Source: Candidatus Thorarchaeota archaeon (lineage in GTDB: Archaea; Asgardarchaeota; Thorarchaeia; Thorarchaeales; Thorarchaeaceae). Taken from it: a DNA stretch of 64,000 nt. Below the pieces are notes generated by a model. It made no database searches, was not told where the DNA came from, and worked only from the letters and a program-made list of their open reading frames with translations. Position numbers and translations under genes: made by a program. Every line of letters starts with the position of its first letter. Position 1 is the stretch's first letter. The DNA lies in assembly GCA_963726195.1 (NCBI GenBank), contig CAVSBO010000004.1, forward strand, positions 351,723-415,722, in the 5' to 3' direction. This document shows, in pieces, positions 20,397 through 30,614 of this stretch.

Positions 20397-21329
20397 TTGA
20401 GGAGAATGCCAGTCACGATGCCTCGGCTCCGCATGTCATACGTTCTTCTGACTTTTACGATGCTAGTGTGGGCTGGCGGCTGGGTCTCAGGCAAACTTGT
20501 GACGACAGTTGTGCCTCCTTTCACTGCGGGATTCATCCAGTACTTGCCTGCAACTATTCTGCTCTTGACGGTTGTATCGTCGAGACGGTCAGAAACAGGT
20601 CATCATTATGGCAGAGCAGAGGTCAAGGGCTTTGTACTGCTTGGGTTGACCGGGTTCTTTGGTTACAGCATACTCTTCTTCGTGGGAGTACGTCTCACAA
20701 CCGCGGCACAGGGTGTGATAATCTCGGGAATCTCGCCGGCCGCTGTTTCCATTTGCGCTTATGCCCTCGACAAAGAGGTTCTTGAATCTCGCTGGCAATA
20801 CTCCGGATTCATCCTGAGCTTTGTCGGAATCATCTTCGTAATCGGGATTCAATCATTGCTTGACTTTGAACCGTCCTACATGATTGGTAATCTGATAGTG
20901 CTCGCATCCATGTTCTCATGGGGATTGTACTCTGCAATCGGCAAGAGGGTGACACAGACGGTCACAGCACTGGAGGCGATTGCCGGGGCAGCAACCACGG
21001 GAACGATTATGTTTTCCGTCGGCGCGGTAGCGGAGCAGTTCTGGAGTCTGCCGGGATTGCAGAGCCCACTCTTCTGGTTCAACATACTTTACTTGGGAAT
21101 CTTGGGCAGCTTCATGGGCGACACACTGTATCTTCAGGCCGTTAGCAGAATAGGGCCGACACGGACTGGTGTGTTCCTGAATCTGGTTCCGATCTTCGGA
21201 GTAATCCTGTCAGCTCTGATACTGAACGACCCAATCTACTGGACTTTCATCGTAGGAATGATCTTGATCATAGCAGGGATTCTGGTCATCAATCATCGTC
21301 CGAAGTCAACGGCCACCGTGAATTCATAG
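20397..21329 (+). CDS. DMT/EamA family transporter
   Basis: 10 TM segments in two EamA repeats, with IGPTRTGVFLNLVPIFG. Confidence 0.9.
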   Translation: MRRMPVTMPRLRMSYVLLTFTMLVWAGGWVSGKLVTTVVPPFTAGFIQYLPATILLLTVVSSRRSETGHHYGRAEVKGFVLLGLTGFFGYSILFFVGVRLTTAAQGVIISGISPAAVSICAYALDKEVLESRWQYSGFILSFVGIIFVIGIQSLLDFEPSYMIGNLIVLASMFSWGLYSAIGKRVTQTVTALEAIAGAATTGTIMFSVGAVAEQFWSLPGLQSPLFWFNILYLGILGSFMGDTLYLQAVSRIGPTRTGVFLNLVPIFGVILSALILNDPIYWTFIVGMILIIAGILVINHRPKSTATVNS

Positions 21330-21404
21330 CCAAATGGATTGGCCACCGGATGTAAATGGACTGAGAAGCCAACATACTGAGTGCGCGTCATCATCGAATC
21401 CGCA

Positions 21405-21671
21405 CTACTCGAGCACGAACACCTTGTCGTTTTCCTTCACGGGACTCTTGACCTTGATAGCTATTTCCTGACCAGGTGTCCCTTGCTGGATTGGCTTCCT
21501 ATCTATTTGCATTGAGTCGATGACCTGTTCCACTGTACCAGCAGGTCCCTCAATGCTGATTTTGTTGCCCATGCGAAGTGGCTGTTCAAGCTTAATGGCG
21601 GCCACACCAATGTTACTGAAGAAGCGGGTTACGATGCCGACTTGCTTCTTCTTTACCTTCTTCGCGGACAT
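21405..21671 (-). CDS. Small EF-Tu domain II-like beta-barrel protein
   Basis: VGIVTRFFSNIGVAAIKL...SMQIDRKPI...GQEIAIKV...DKVF. Confidence 0.75.
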   Translation of the reverse strand: MSAKKVKKKQVGIVTRFFSNIGVAAIKLEQPLRMGNKISIEGPAGTVEQVIDSMQIDRKPIQQGTPGQEIAIKVKSPVKENDKVFVLE

Positions 21672-21804
21672 GGGACTATCTTTCGTGGAACCTACTGAAA
21701 AGCACTGTGCTCATCACTGCACATGAATCACGAGCTGAATGCGGCCTCGCACAATAGATGTGAGTGAGAGTCCATCTTGCTTGCGGCAGTGCGTTTCCTC
21801 AATA

Positions 21805-22863
21805 TCACTTATAGCCCGGACCGAACTCAGCCTTTGCAAGAGCACTTGCAACTTCGAACTGGGCTATGTTCCCTGAGAAATCGTGAACTGCCTTTCCGAA
21901 TACCAGTTGGAACTTCTCGGAGAAGTCCTTAACTTTGTCCAACAGCACTCTGTAGGATTGCCTGGCTATGAGGACTGAAGTGAAATCTGGTTCGTGAGCG
22001 AACAGAATGTTGAAGTCTCCAACTGACAGGTTGTTGAGGCCTGCTTGGCTCTGCGTTATTTCTTTGAAAAGCTCTTGGACTCCTGCTATGCCCGCTGCTG
22101 CGAGACTCTCATCCATGTTGACTGTGGACACGAACTTGTAATGGAATAGCAGGATGCCGCTCGAGTGAATCATGTAGAGTTCGAGCATCTGGTCGGTCCA
22201 ATCTAGCTCATCAAGGGCGGGTGACCCCAGTATGGCAGTGCCCAAGATTAGAAGCCCCCCGACGAGCAGAAGACCGCTCAGAACATAGACTTGGGGGCCA
22301 AGGCCTGAGTATATGAAATCGCTACGACCGAGGTAGCCCACGAAGCCGACAAGAAATCCGACCAATATGACCCTCATGCTGCTTCTCACACTACCGGTCG
22401 TGCTACTCACAAAGAATCTGAAGAACAATGCAAGAATCCCGAATGCGACGACACTGGCTACGAGTGCGAGAGTTGTCAGCAGCTCCCTTGGTGCTAGCGC
22501 AGAGGTTACAGCAATGACTGTGCTCATAGCTGACGGAATATGGTGCAGATGATACGGCAGAATCCTCTCAAGGGCAACACAGAAGCCCGCGAGAGCAAGA
22601 ATCATTGACACATAGCCTGCCTTGACCCACAGCAACGATACAGAGCCTGTGGTGTAGAAGTCCGACATGATGAAGCAAGAGGAATTTGAGGCCATTCCGA
22701 ACATGAAAACAGACCAAGCCAGCCTGACATCTGTGAGCTTCCTGAGTGGGCTCCTCATCCATCCAAGAACGAGCGTGACCCCAAACAAAAGCGTGTAGAG
22801 CACGACGGCTGAGTCGAGCACCAACACAATGTCCCTTACTAGCGGAACCACAAAGTCGGGCAT
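21805..22863 (-). CDS. Multi-pass (~7 TM) membrane protein with C-terminal longin-like domain
   Basis: Seven hydrophobic segments, then a soluble LYMIHSSGILLF...AGIAGVQELFKEI...FSEKF domain of ~125 aa. Confidence 0.72.
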   Translation of the reverse strand: MPDFVVPLVRDIVLVLDSAVVLYTLLFGVTLVLGWMRSPLRKLTDVRLAWSVFMFGMASNSSCFIMSDFYTTGSVSLLWVKAGYVSMILALAGFCVALERILPYHLHHIPSAMSTVIAVTSALAPRELLTTLALVASVVAFGILALFFRFFVSSTTGSVRSSMRVILVGFLVGFVGYLGRSDFIYSGLGPQVYVLSGLLLVGGLLILGTAILGSPALDELDWTDQMLELYMIHSSGILLFHYKFVSTVNMDESLAAAGIAGVQELFKEITQSQAGLNNLSVGDFNILFAHEPDFTSVLIARQSYRVLLDKVKDFSEKFQLVFGKAVHDFSGNIAQFEVASALAKAEFGPGYK

Positions 22864-23207
22864 ACTTGACCTCCCAAGACCTAGGCGAGAAAGCCTCTAG
22901 GGGATACGTCTAGTATTCAAGTTGGGCTATTGCTCACTAAAGCATTCTGCGTACGAATGTCTCCTTCAGCACTCAGTGCAACGACATGATGCTTGGTGCG
23001 GACGGGCAGGTGACATTATGCGGTTCTCAGGCTGTCACCGTTTCCTTGTTGATCAAGTTGTGTGTTTTTGCAGCCGCTTGGTAGGCAGCACGTTTCCTGC
23101 CTGACGCCAAGCTTTCTGCCATTCGTTGTCGCTGGGCCACTATGTGCACACAAAAAAGACAAGATAAAGGCTCAAGTGAATACTCGTGCCGTCAAACAAG
23201 CGGTTGA

Positions 23208-24170
23208 ATGACGACTTTACGAAGTGCGGAGAGAACCCAAGTGACATTATCCGGGATCGTAACCAACATTCAGAGATTCTCCACTGAAGACGGTCCGGGT
23301 ATTCGGACCACAGTATTCCTCAAAGGTTGTCCGCTCAGGTGCCTTTGGTGTCAGAACATCGAAAGCATTGATACAACACCGCAAGTAGTCTGGTACGCGG
23401 TCAAGTGTATTGCAGACCAGAGCTGCGTTCAAGCCTGCCCTGAGAATGCTCTTGAGCTAACACCGACGGGCATGAAGATCGATCGGAGCAAGTGCACGGC
23501 ATGTGGCAAATGCGAAGCTGCTTGTCCGACAAACGCGATCAGATTGTTGGGCCATGCTTGGAGTTCTGACTCTCTCATTCAAGAGCTTCTGAAGGATTGC
23601 GTCTTCTTTGAAACATCGGGCGGAGGGGTAACCTTCTCGGGAGGAGAACCCACAAGTCAGGTCGAGTTTGCGATTGAAGTCGCGTCAGGACTTAGGATGG
23701 AAGGAGTTCATGTAGCGATTGAGACCTCGGGCTATTGCGGCAAGAAGGTCATGGAGCGAATCATATCATCCGTAGATTTGATACTGTACGATTTGAAGGT
23801 CATGAACCCAGATAGGCATCTGGATTACACAGGAGTACGCATCGACACCGTCCTAGCCAACGCTCGTTTGCTCGCATCAAAGACAGTGCCATTCTGGGTG
23901 CGCACGCCCGTAATTCCAGAACATACTGACAGCGAAGAAAACATCAGAGCGATAGCTAGGTTTGTCTACAAGAATATGCCCCGTGTCGAAAGATACGAAC
24001 TCTTGGCCTTCAATTCACTCTGTGTCGACAAGTATACTCTCCTAGGACTTGACTATTCGCTTCGCGGTCTTCAGCCTATCACACGTGAAGCAATGGAGCA
24101 TTTGGCCCATGTTGCGGCAGAGGAAGGCTTAGCGAACGTTGTGTGGTCTGGAATGACGCGCAAGTCGTAG
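23208..24170 (+). CDS. Glycyl-radical enzyme activating protein (radical SAM with ferredoxin insert)
   Basis: DGPGIRTTVFLKGCPLRCLWCQN, CTACGKCEAACP and GGGVTFSGGEP. Confidence 0.92.
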   Translation: MTTLRSAERTQVTLSGIVTNIQRFSTEDGPGIRTTVFLKGCPLRCLWCQNIESIDTTPQVVWYAVKCIADQSCVQACPENALELTPTGMKIDRSKCTACGKCEAACPTNAIRLLGHAWSSDSLIQELLKDCVFFETSGGGVTFSGGEPTSQVEFAIEVASGLRMEGVHVAIETSGYCGKKVMERIISSVDLILYDLKVMNPDRHLDYTGVRIDTVLANARLLASKTVPFWVRTPVIPEHTDSEENIRAIARFVYKNMPRVERYELLAFNSLCVDKYTLLGLDYSLRGLQPITREAMEHLAHVAAEEGLANVVWSGMTRKS

Positions 24171-24277
24171 CATGGGCAGGCATCTTCGATGGGCTTGTCC
24201 CTTTCACTCCGTGCTGACGCGGTCCTAGAAGAAGACTGATATGGCACAGAACAAGACGCTAGCGAAGAGGTTCGGTC

Positions 24278-24814
24278 TTGAAGTCATGGAGCTATAGGTC
24301 CAAGGATGGACGACCAGTAGCCGTGCGTTGCGCAGGCACTGGCGATGCCAGGCTACTCCATGACGGCTTCTGCGATGTCGTGAGCGAAGGACTGTGGCTC
24401 CCCACTTTTGTGTCCACTGCCACGATATCAGATTGGGCCAACTGGATACAAAGAGCATCAGTTGGTTCCGAGGCAATCCTCGTCGCGGAAATTGGAGATC
24501 GGTATGCGGGACACTTGACACTCCAGCCCGAAGAATGGATGGCGTCAAGGCATGTAGCAAAGCTTGGTATCATCATCATCAAGGGCATGCGCAACCTAGG
24601 AGTGGGGAGAGCACTCATGATTGCTGCCGAGGACGTAGCCCTCGACAAGGAGTATGAGAAGATAGTGCTAAGCACCTTCAGCGACAACGATCTGGCTTTG
24701 TCATTGTACCAGTCATTGGGTTACCGGACAGTCGGATATCGAATACATCACTTCAAAATGGAACGAGGTTATGTAGATGAAGTCCTCATGGAAAAAACCC
24801 TCCAAGAAGCCTAA
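24278..24814 (+). CDS. GNAT family N-acetyltransferase
   Basis: RNLGVGRALM acetyl-CoA motif and NDLALSLYQSLGY. Confidence 0.88.
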   Translation: MKSWSYRSKDGRPVAVRCAGTGDARLLHDGFCDVVSEGLWLPTFVSTATISDWANWIQRASVGSEAILVAEIGDRYAGHLTLQPEEWMASRHVAKLGIIIIKGMRNLGVGRALMIAAEDVALDKEYEKIVLSTFSDNDLALSLYQSLGYRTVGYRIHHFKMERGYVDEVLMEKTLQEA

Positions 24815-25361
24815 GACCGGGACTGATAGAACGGGCAACCACCTTTTCTGGCAGACGATTGTGGAGTCCTTCCACGAATCCCCTGGCAGACTCAAAGTAG
24901 CTCAGTCCATATTGATTCACGGATTTCACGTGGAGTCGGCAGGGGTCATCAAGTGCAGGTCCATCAGGATTCCCATGAAGTCTATCGGTGACGCCCTCGG
25001 TATAGACAGGCGTACGGTACGTTCAACAACCGAGGCTATTTGTTCTGATCCCAAGCTGTTCGAGTTATTCTCTCGAATAGAGCCTGCGGGTCCATCTCTT
25101 GAGAAGGTCAGCAAGGTTTTCGGATATGGAGTAGTGAAGGTCTACGTTGAGTCACCGGAGCTTCCGGGCATTCTTTCTGAAGTGGCATCCACGATTGCCG
25201 GCTATGATATTGCGATCAGACAGGTCGTAGCAGAGGACGCTGCCATATACGAAGAACCCTGTCTGAAGATAATCACTCAGGAACCTCTCTCAGGATCCGT
25301 CATTGATTCACTCAGGGCAATAAGGGGTGTTAGCAGGGTCGTAATCGACAAGCCTTCGTGA
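24777..25361 (+). CDS. ACT-domain regulator of amino-acid metabolism (COG2150-like)
   Basis: IGDALGIDRRTV HTH-like segment followed by an ACT domain (PGILSEVASTIA...IRQVVAED). Confidence 0.82.
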   Translation: MKSSWKKPSKKPKTGTDRTGNHLFWQTIVESFHESPGRLKVAQSILIHGFHVESAGVIKCRSIRIPMKSIGDALGIDRRTVRSTTEAICSDPKLFELFSRIEPAGPSLEKVSKVFGYGVVKVYVESPELPGILSEVASTIAGYDIAIRQVVAEDAAIYEEPCLKIITQEPLSGSVIDSLRAIRGVSRVVIDKPS

Positions 25362-25383
25362 GAAGTCAATACGTAGTGCGATA

Positions 25384-26718
25384 TTGAGGAAGACTGAAAA
25401 GCCCCAGAAGAGGCCGCCGACGGCGGCGCATGCGTTGACTGATGCTGATATCGGACCGCACTTGTCAGACCAGCCAGACGAGATCATAACAACAGGCACA
25501 GTCAATGTAGGCATGCATCAGGTCTGGACACTTGCAGTATGCATGGCCATACTCCAGATTGGCTTTGGAATCGTCATTCCGATTTTCCCGTATTACATTC
25601 TGTCAATGAATCTCGGCGGTATGGAGCTCGGCATTCTAGCCGCAGCATATGCCATGGCTCAAATCCTTCTAGCAGGACCACTTGGACATCTTTCCGACCG
25701 AACTGGTCGAAAGCCCGTGCTCGTCACTGCAATGCTTGGCTTTGCCGCAGCAAACGTGCTGTATTCTCTGGCTAATGATGTATATGTCATGATTATTGCG
25801 CGAATAATAGAGGGTGCAGTCTCAGCAGGGTTCTTTCCTGCAGCAAATGCATTTGTCGCAGATGTGACCGCCGCATCTACCCGTGGAAAAGCAATGGGTT
25901 TCCTGAGTGCCGGTGGCATGGTCGGCTTCATCATCGGTCCTACTCTGGGAGGAGTCCTAGCAGAGTTCTTTGGCCTGAGACTACCGTTCGTTATCACGGC
26001 CTTCATCACTCTTGTGACACTTGCCGCGTTACATCTGCTCATTACAGAACCCGACCATCAACGCGATTCGGCCCACAATGAAGGAGTGCATGTCTTTGAA
26101 CTGCTCGGCCGCCATGCAACCGCATATGCTGCCTTGGCTGTCTCAGTGTTCGCTAATATTTTCGCTCTTGGTATACTTGAGGTAGCCTTCACGTTGGACG
26201 CCGTTCAGAGATTCAAAGTGACCCCTCTTGAGATTGGCCTGTTCTTTGGTGTCGTTGGAGTTGTTACCATATGCGGCAGTATCGGATTCGGCCTAGAGTC
26301 TGATAAGGTCGGCAGGAAATGGCCCATTGTGCTAGGGTCATTTTTGGGAGCGGTATCGATGCTCTTGTTCATGGAGGCTACTGATCTCACTGGTCTCCTT
26401 GAGGGCGCAGTAGTGCTCGGTCTGGCAATTTCGATGAGAGGGCCGACAACACAGGCTATGGTCGCGGATCTTACTGACAAGAATGCCTACGGTGTCGTAA
26501 TGGGCGTCTTTGGGATGGTCAACAACACAGCCTACGTTATAGGGCCTCTACTCGCAGGCTACTACTATTCAAACACTGGCGTAGCCACTTCGAGCCTTCT
26601 GCTTGGGTCGATAGTCTCTCTCGCCGGTTGCGTGACTGCCATAGCCGGGCTTCCAAGCGCCAAGCCAAATCCCAGGGCCCACCATACAGAGGACGTAGTC
26701 TCTGATGCATCTGTCTGA
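25384..26718 (+). CDS. MFS transporter (DHA1-like)
   Basis: GHLSDRTGRKP motif A, GFIIGPTLGG and 12 TM segments. True start may be ~25513. Confidence 0.9.
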   Translation: MRKTEKPQKRPPTAAHALTDADIGPHLSDQPDEIITTGTVNVGMHQVWTLAVCMAILQIGFGIVIPIFPYYILSMNLGGMELGILAAAYAMAQILLAGPLGHLSDRTGRKPVLVTAMLGFAAANVLYSLANDVYVMIIARIIEGAVSAGFFPAANAFVADVTAASTRGKAMGFLSAGGMVGFIIGPTLGGVLAEFFGLRLPFVITAFITLVTLAALHLLITEPDHQRDSAHNEGVHVFELLGRHATAYAALAVSVFANIFALGILEVAFTLDAVQRFKVTPLEIGLFFGVVGVVTICGSIGFGLESDKVGRKWPIVLGSFLGAVSMLLFMEATDLTGLLEGAVVLGLAISMRGPTTQAMVADLTDKNAYGVVMGVFGMVNNTAYVIGPLLAGYYYSNTGVATSSLLLGSIVSLAGCVTAIAGLPSAKPNPRAHHTEDVVSDASV

Positions 26719-26734
26719 GCACAGGCATACTTGA

Positions 26735-27619
26735 CTAAGTAATCTCAGCAGCCACATAAGCGACGACTTGCCCATGATCACCTGTCACGTCACCGCTGTT
26801 CATGTACTTTAGCAGATTGAACTGAGTGGCTCCTCGTTCGATGGCGAACACCAATGCCGCGGCAATCGGTCCTGCTCCACAGATGGTCAGTCGGTGGCTT
26901 TGCACGAATCTCAGGAATCCTTCCGGGTCTAGGTTCTCAAGGTATTCAATTGCTTGGTTGTCTTTCTTCCTCGCGCTTTCTGCTGACTCGAAATGAGTGA
27001 AGTCAGAACTCGCAATTACCACTATGTCATTGTCCTTGGCGACATTGGCGACAGTCTTACCAATGGACTCGCATGTCTCATAGCTTTGGTCGCTAACGCA
27101 AATCGGAACGAAGCTTAGGTCCTTGCCAAAGACGTACTGGAGAAAAGGCAGCTGAACCTCGATTGAGTGTTCTCCACTATGTGCAATGCAATCGGGCATC
27201 GCATATTCATTCTGCTCAAGGATGAGCGGCCCGATCTTCCGGTCATACTTGATTGGTCCGAGAGGCGTTTCCCAGTTATCTTCACAAAGTGCAAGGCGAG
27301 ATAGGTCCAGACCCCTGCCTGTGTGGTTTGGACCGAAGATGACTATGTGCTCAGGCCGCCCGTCTTCGTAGAGATTCAGATAGCTATGGGCTGCCGCCAT
27401 GCCTGAGTACATGTATCCTGCATGAGGAGAGACCAGTGCCTTGATGCTTCTCGTTTTTCCTGGGCCGCCCTTTGGAAGGCGCCCGGGACCGGGGCTTTTT
27501 GTGAAGCAGTTCTCTAGGCGCTGGAGTAACGCGTCCGGCTTTCCTTCGTAGAAGGACCCTGCAACCACAGGCATTCTTGTCATCAATAATCCCTGACTAC
27601 GGAGTGCGGTGCCTGACAA
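26735..27619 (-). CDS. MEMO1 family protein (AmmeMemoRadiSam protein B)
   Basis: PVVAGSFY, PHAGYMYSG, GPNHTG, EHSIEVQLPFLQ, SSDFTH and TICGAGP. Confidence 0.93.
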   Translation of the reverse strand: MSGTALRSQGLLMTRMPVVAGSFYEGKPDALLQRLENCFTKSPGPGRLPKGGPGKTRSIKALVSPHAGYMYSGMAAAHSYLNLYEDGRPEHIVIFGPNHTGRGLDLSRLALCEDNWETPLGPIKYDRKIGPLILEQNEYAMPDCIAHSGEHSIEVQLPFLQYVFGKDLSFVPICVSDQSYETCESIGKTVANVAKDNDIVVIASSDFTHFESAESARKKDNQAIEYLENLDPEGFLRFVQSHRLTICGAGPIAAALVFAIERGATQFNLLKYMNSGDVTGDHGQVVAYVAAEIT

Positions 27620-27680
27620 AAAAGGCTTCGGTCACCGCTTCCAGCACGGCTGGTCTAGAATCAAGCCCTATCTGTTTGAA

Positions 27681-28991
27681 TCATTTCTTCAGACTGATCT
27701 GGACATGCTTCACGAGTCCATCCATCTTGACTTGGCGCGTTTCTTTGGTCCGCATGTCGCGAACACTGACCTCGCCCTTTTCGAGATCGCGTTCGCCGAT
27801 GATTACTGCATATCTTGCCTTCTTCGAGTCAGCGACTTCGAGCAGTTTCTTCAGGTTCCTTTCCATAAGGTCAATCTCACAAGAGAAGCCAGCCTTGATG
27901 AGCTCCGACTGCAGCTTGGCGGCATATCTGACCATTGATGGAGTAATCGGGGCAAGAAACACATCGAGGGTCGGCGTGAGTTTGTCGCCGAGGCCTCTTG
28001 CGAGCATGACATCAATAAGCCTACCAATGCCTAGCGAGATGCCAGTCGCAGGTGTTGCCGGGCCTCCGAACTTCTCAATTAGGTTGTCATAGCGACCGCC
28101 CCCAGCGATCGATCCAACCTTTGGCTCGCCAATGAATGCACCTTCAAACACGGGGCCCGTGTAGTAATCGAGTCCCCGTGCGAGAGACATATCGAATTCA
28201 ACGAATTTGCCCACGCCCGCTTCCTCGAAATTAGTCGCCATGGTTGACAATTCCTCCACTCCGCGGATGCCGACCTCGGATCCATTCAGAAGTTCCCTGA
28301 ATTGCTGAAGGACGGACTCACCTTTGCCTCTCAGAGTAATGTTATCCATCAGGAAGCCGCTCTCTTCCTTGCCAATCCCTCTGGTCTTGAGTTCCTCAAG
28401 TACTCCATCCCGCCCAATCTTGTCCAGCTTGTCTATCGACCTGAAGCATTCGAAGGCTAGAGCATCGGGCACTCCTGCTTTCTCAGTAAGCCCCTTCAGA
28501 ACCTTCCTGTTGTTTATGCGAATCAAGTAATCATTTCCCAAGACTCGCCTGAAGAACTCAAGTGCTACAAGGACCACTTCTGTATCTGCAGCCATGCTGC
28601 TTGAGCCTACTACGTCAACGTCTGCTTGTGTGAATTCCCGGTATCGACCTGCTTGGGGTCTGTCATATCTCCAGACCTTGCCAATTGCGTATCTCTTGAA
28701 GGGCTTTGGTAGAGTGGGGTTGGAAGCCACGATTCTGCCCAAAGGCACTGTCAGGTCAAACCTAAGGCCGACCTCACGCCCGCCCTTATCCGTGAATTTG
28801 AAGGTGTCTGATTCCACCTCTTCCCCGCCCTTAGCAGCAAGAGTTTCCCACAGTTCCATCACAGGTGAATCCAGTGGCTCGTAATTGAAGAGTCGAAAGA
28901 CCTTCACCGCAGTCTCAATGAGATAGTCATTGACATACTCCTCTGGACCCATGAGGTCTCTCATACCTCGTACTAATCTCATCTCACTCAA
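27681..28991 (-). CDS. hisS: Histidine--tRNA ligase
   Basis: RGMRD, LRFDLTVP, GRYREFTQADVD, RGLDYYTG, GGGRYD and a C-terminal anticodon-binding domain. Confidence 0.97.
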   Translation of the reverse strand: MSEMRLVRGMRDLMGPEEYVNDYLIETAVKVFRLFNYEPLDSPVMELWETLAAKGGEEVESDTFKFTDKGGREVGLRFDLTVPLGRIVASNPTLPKPFKRYAIGKVWRYDRPQAGRYREFTQADVDVVGSSSMAADTEVVLVALEFFRRVLGNDYLIRINNRKVLKGLTEKAGVPDALAFECFRSIDKLDKIGRDGVLEELKTRGIGKEESGFLMDNITLRGKGESVLQQFRELLNGSEVGIRGVEELSTMATNFEEAGVGKFVEFDMSLARGLDYYTGPVFEGAFIGEPKVGSIAGGGRYDNLIEKFGGPATPATGISLGIGRLIDVMLARGLGDKLTPTLDVFLAPITPSMVRYAAKLQSELIKAGFSCEIDLMERNLKKLLEVADSKKARYAVIIGERDLEKGEVSVRDMRTKETRQVKMDGLVKHVQISLKK

Positions 28992-29149
28992 AGCAAAGTC
29001 CTCCAGAATCAGTCGCAACGACAAGCAGCGTCTGGTCTGTCTTGGGATAATCAGAATTCAAGATGAACAGAGCCACGACCGCTCACGCTTGTCACCAAGC
29101 CGGCTAACGTGTCTCTGTTCTTTAAGTCTTCCGCTTGTCATCAGTCAGT

Positions 29150-30502
29150 CTACTCAAAAGATATGTATCCTGTCTGGAGCAAGATGAGATAGATGACAAT
29201 AGCAGCGCCCATCAGCAGCACATCCTTTGTGGCCATTTTCGTCAGGTCGCGCGGGCCTTGGTAGTCACCAATGAAGACGTAGATGATCTTGTTGAATACC
29301 GATGTGGTTGTGGCGATAATGACTGCGTAAGCCGCTGTCACAAGTGTAATGGCTCCTGTGGAATAGGAAACTGCAGCGATGGAGACCACTGCTCCTGCCG
29401 AAGCGAATCCTCCGATGAATGCAGCGACTATCATTCCCAGCTGATTGAAAGATTGCTGAGCCCAAATCGCCAGCAGCGAGACAAGTGAGAAGACAACTGC
29501 AAACCGGAACGCGGCGTGCAGAGAGAATGGTGAACCGAACCCGGCTTGGATTCTGGTGCTGAGGTCTTCTTTGGATTCCGGCTTCGTTCTTTTCCCTGCT
29601 TCGTACAAGAACCTCAACATGCCCACAAATGTGAGAATGATCAGTGGGCCCAAATACAGTCTGAACAGCTTGAGACTAGGATCGAGAATTACAACCAGTA
29701 ATCCGTTTCTAAGCGCCATTGCGATGTTGGCGAGTATTACGGCCAGTGACATCCTGCCCGGGTATTTCTCCTCGAGCGCGTTGTGAAAATCCACGATGCT
29801 TGACACCGTTGCTTCGCTATTCGCAAATCCTCCGAAGAATCCGAAGAAGTAGGGACCGCGGTCTTTGTACTTCTTCACAAGTATGTAGTTGGCAAACGAA
29901 ATGGACAGTAGGATGACAATCAGGAGGTAGGTCTCAAATAACGGAAATGCAATTGCGCCGATATTGACAGTCGGGTACTGCGTGAGGATTGGCCACAGAA
30001 AGGCAATCAGAACCATCAGCTCGGCCGCGCCAATCATTTCCTCGTGGCTGACAGCAGCCACTGCGGATGCCAGTTCCTCTTTGAAGCTCAAGACCAGAAA
30101 CACGAGGAACGATATCGTCATCGCGAAGACTTCTAGTTCTCCGAGGGGCCGAATTGGTGTCGCCGTAGAATCCATACCCACCAATGCGCCTAGGACGAAG
30201 GATATGGCAAACACGACTGATGTGGTCAGGCCCTTCCGAGTGGTCCTGAATACCTTGTACACAACTGAGACCGTGGAGATGACGATGGAAATGCATATGG
30301 CGTAGATGAGGACGTACGGGTTATTGTAGACACGATATATGTAGGCGGCTACGGTGCCGAGCAGGCTGTGAAGTCCGAATGTCCTCACTCCCAAGGACAT
30401 CTCTTCTGTCATTCGCTTTTGTCGCTCAAGACCTATCAGAGCGCCTACTCCAAACCCGACTAGGCACATCATCACGAGGTCAGGAGTGACAATTACCTGC
30501 AT
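29150..30502 (-). CDS. MgtC/SapB-DUF4010 family membrane protein
   Basis: GALIGLERQ...GVRTF N-terminus, GFFGGFANSEAT and many TM segments. Confidence 0.85.
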   Translation of the reverse strand: MQVIVTPDLVMMCLVGFGVGALIGLERQKRMTEEMSLGVRTFGLHSLLGTVAAYIYRVYNNPYVLIYAICISIVISTVSVVYKVFRTTRKGLTTSVVFAISFVLGALVGMDSTATPIRPLGELEVFAMTISFLVFLVLSFKEELASAVAAVSHEEMIGAAELMVLIAFLWPILTQYPTVNIGAIAFPLFETYLLIVILLSISFANYILVKKYKDRGPYFFGFFGGFANSEATVSSIVDFHNALEEKYPGRMSLAVILANIAMALRNGLLVVILDPSLKLFRLYLGPLIILTFVGMLRFLYEAGKRTKPESKEDLSTRIQAGFGSPFSLHAAFRFAVVFSLVSLLAIWAQQSFNQLGMIVAAFIGGFASAGAVVSIAAVSYSTGAITLVTAAYAVIIATTTSVFNKIIYVFIGDYQGPRDLTKMATKDVLLMGAAIVIYLILLQTGYISFE

Positions 30503-30614
30503 ACACTATCACCATCGGGATCTACGACAACGCATTCAATGGCTCTTAAGGGGTACTATTACGCATCTCGTTGCCATTTGGCTTTTTACGGAAAAAGAAG
30601 ATGGAAGTTGGATT

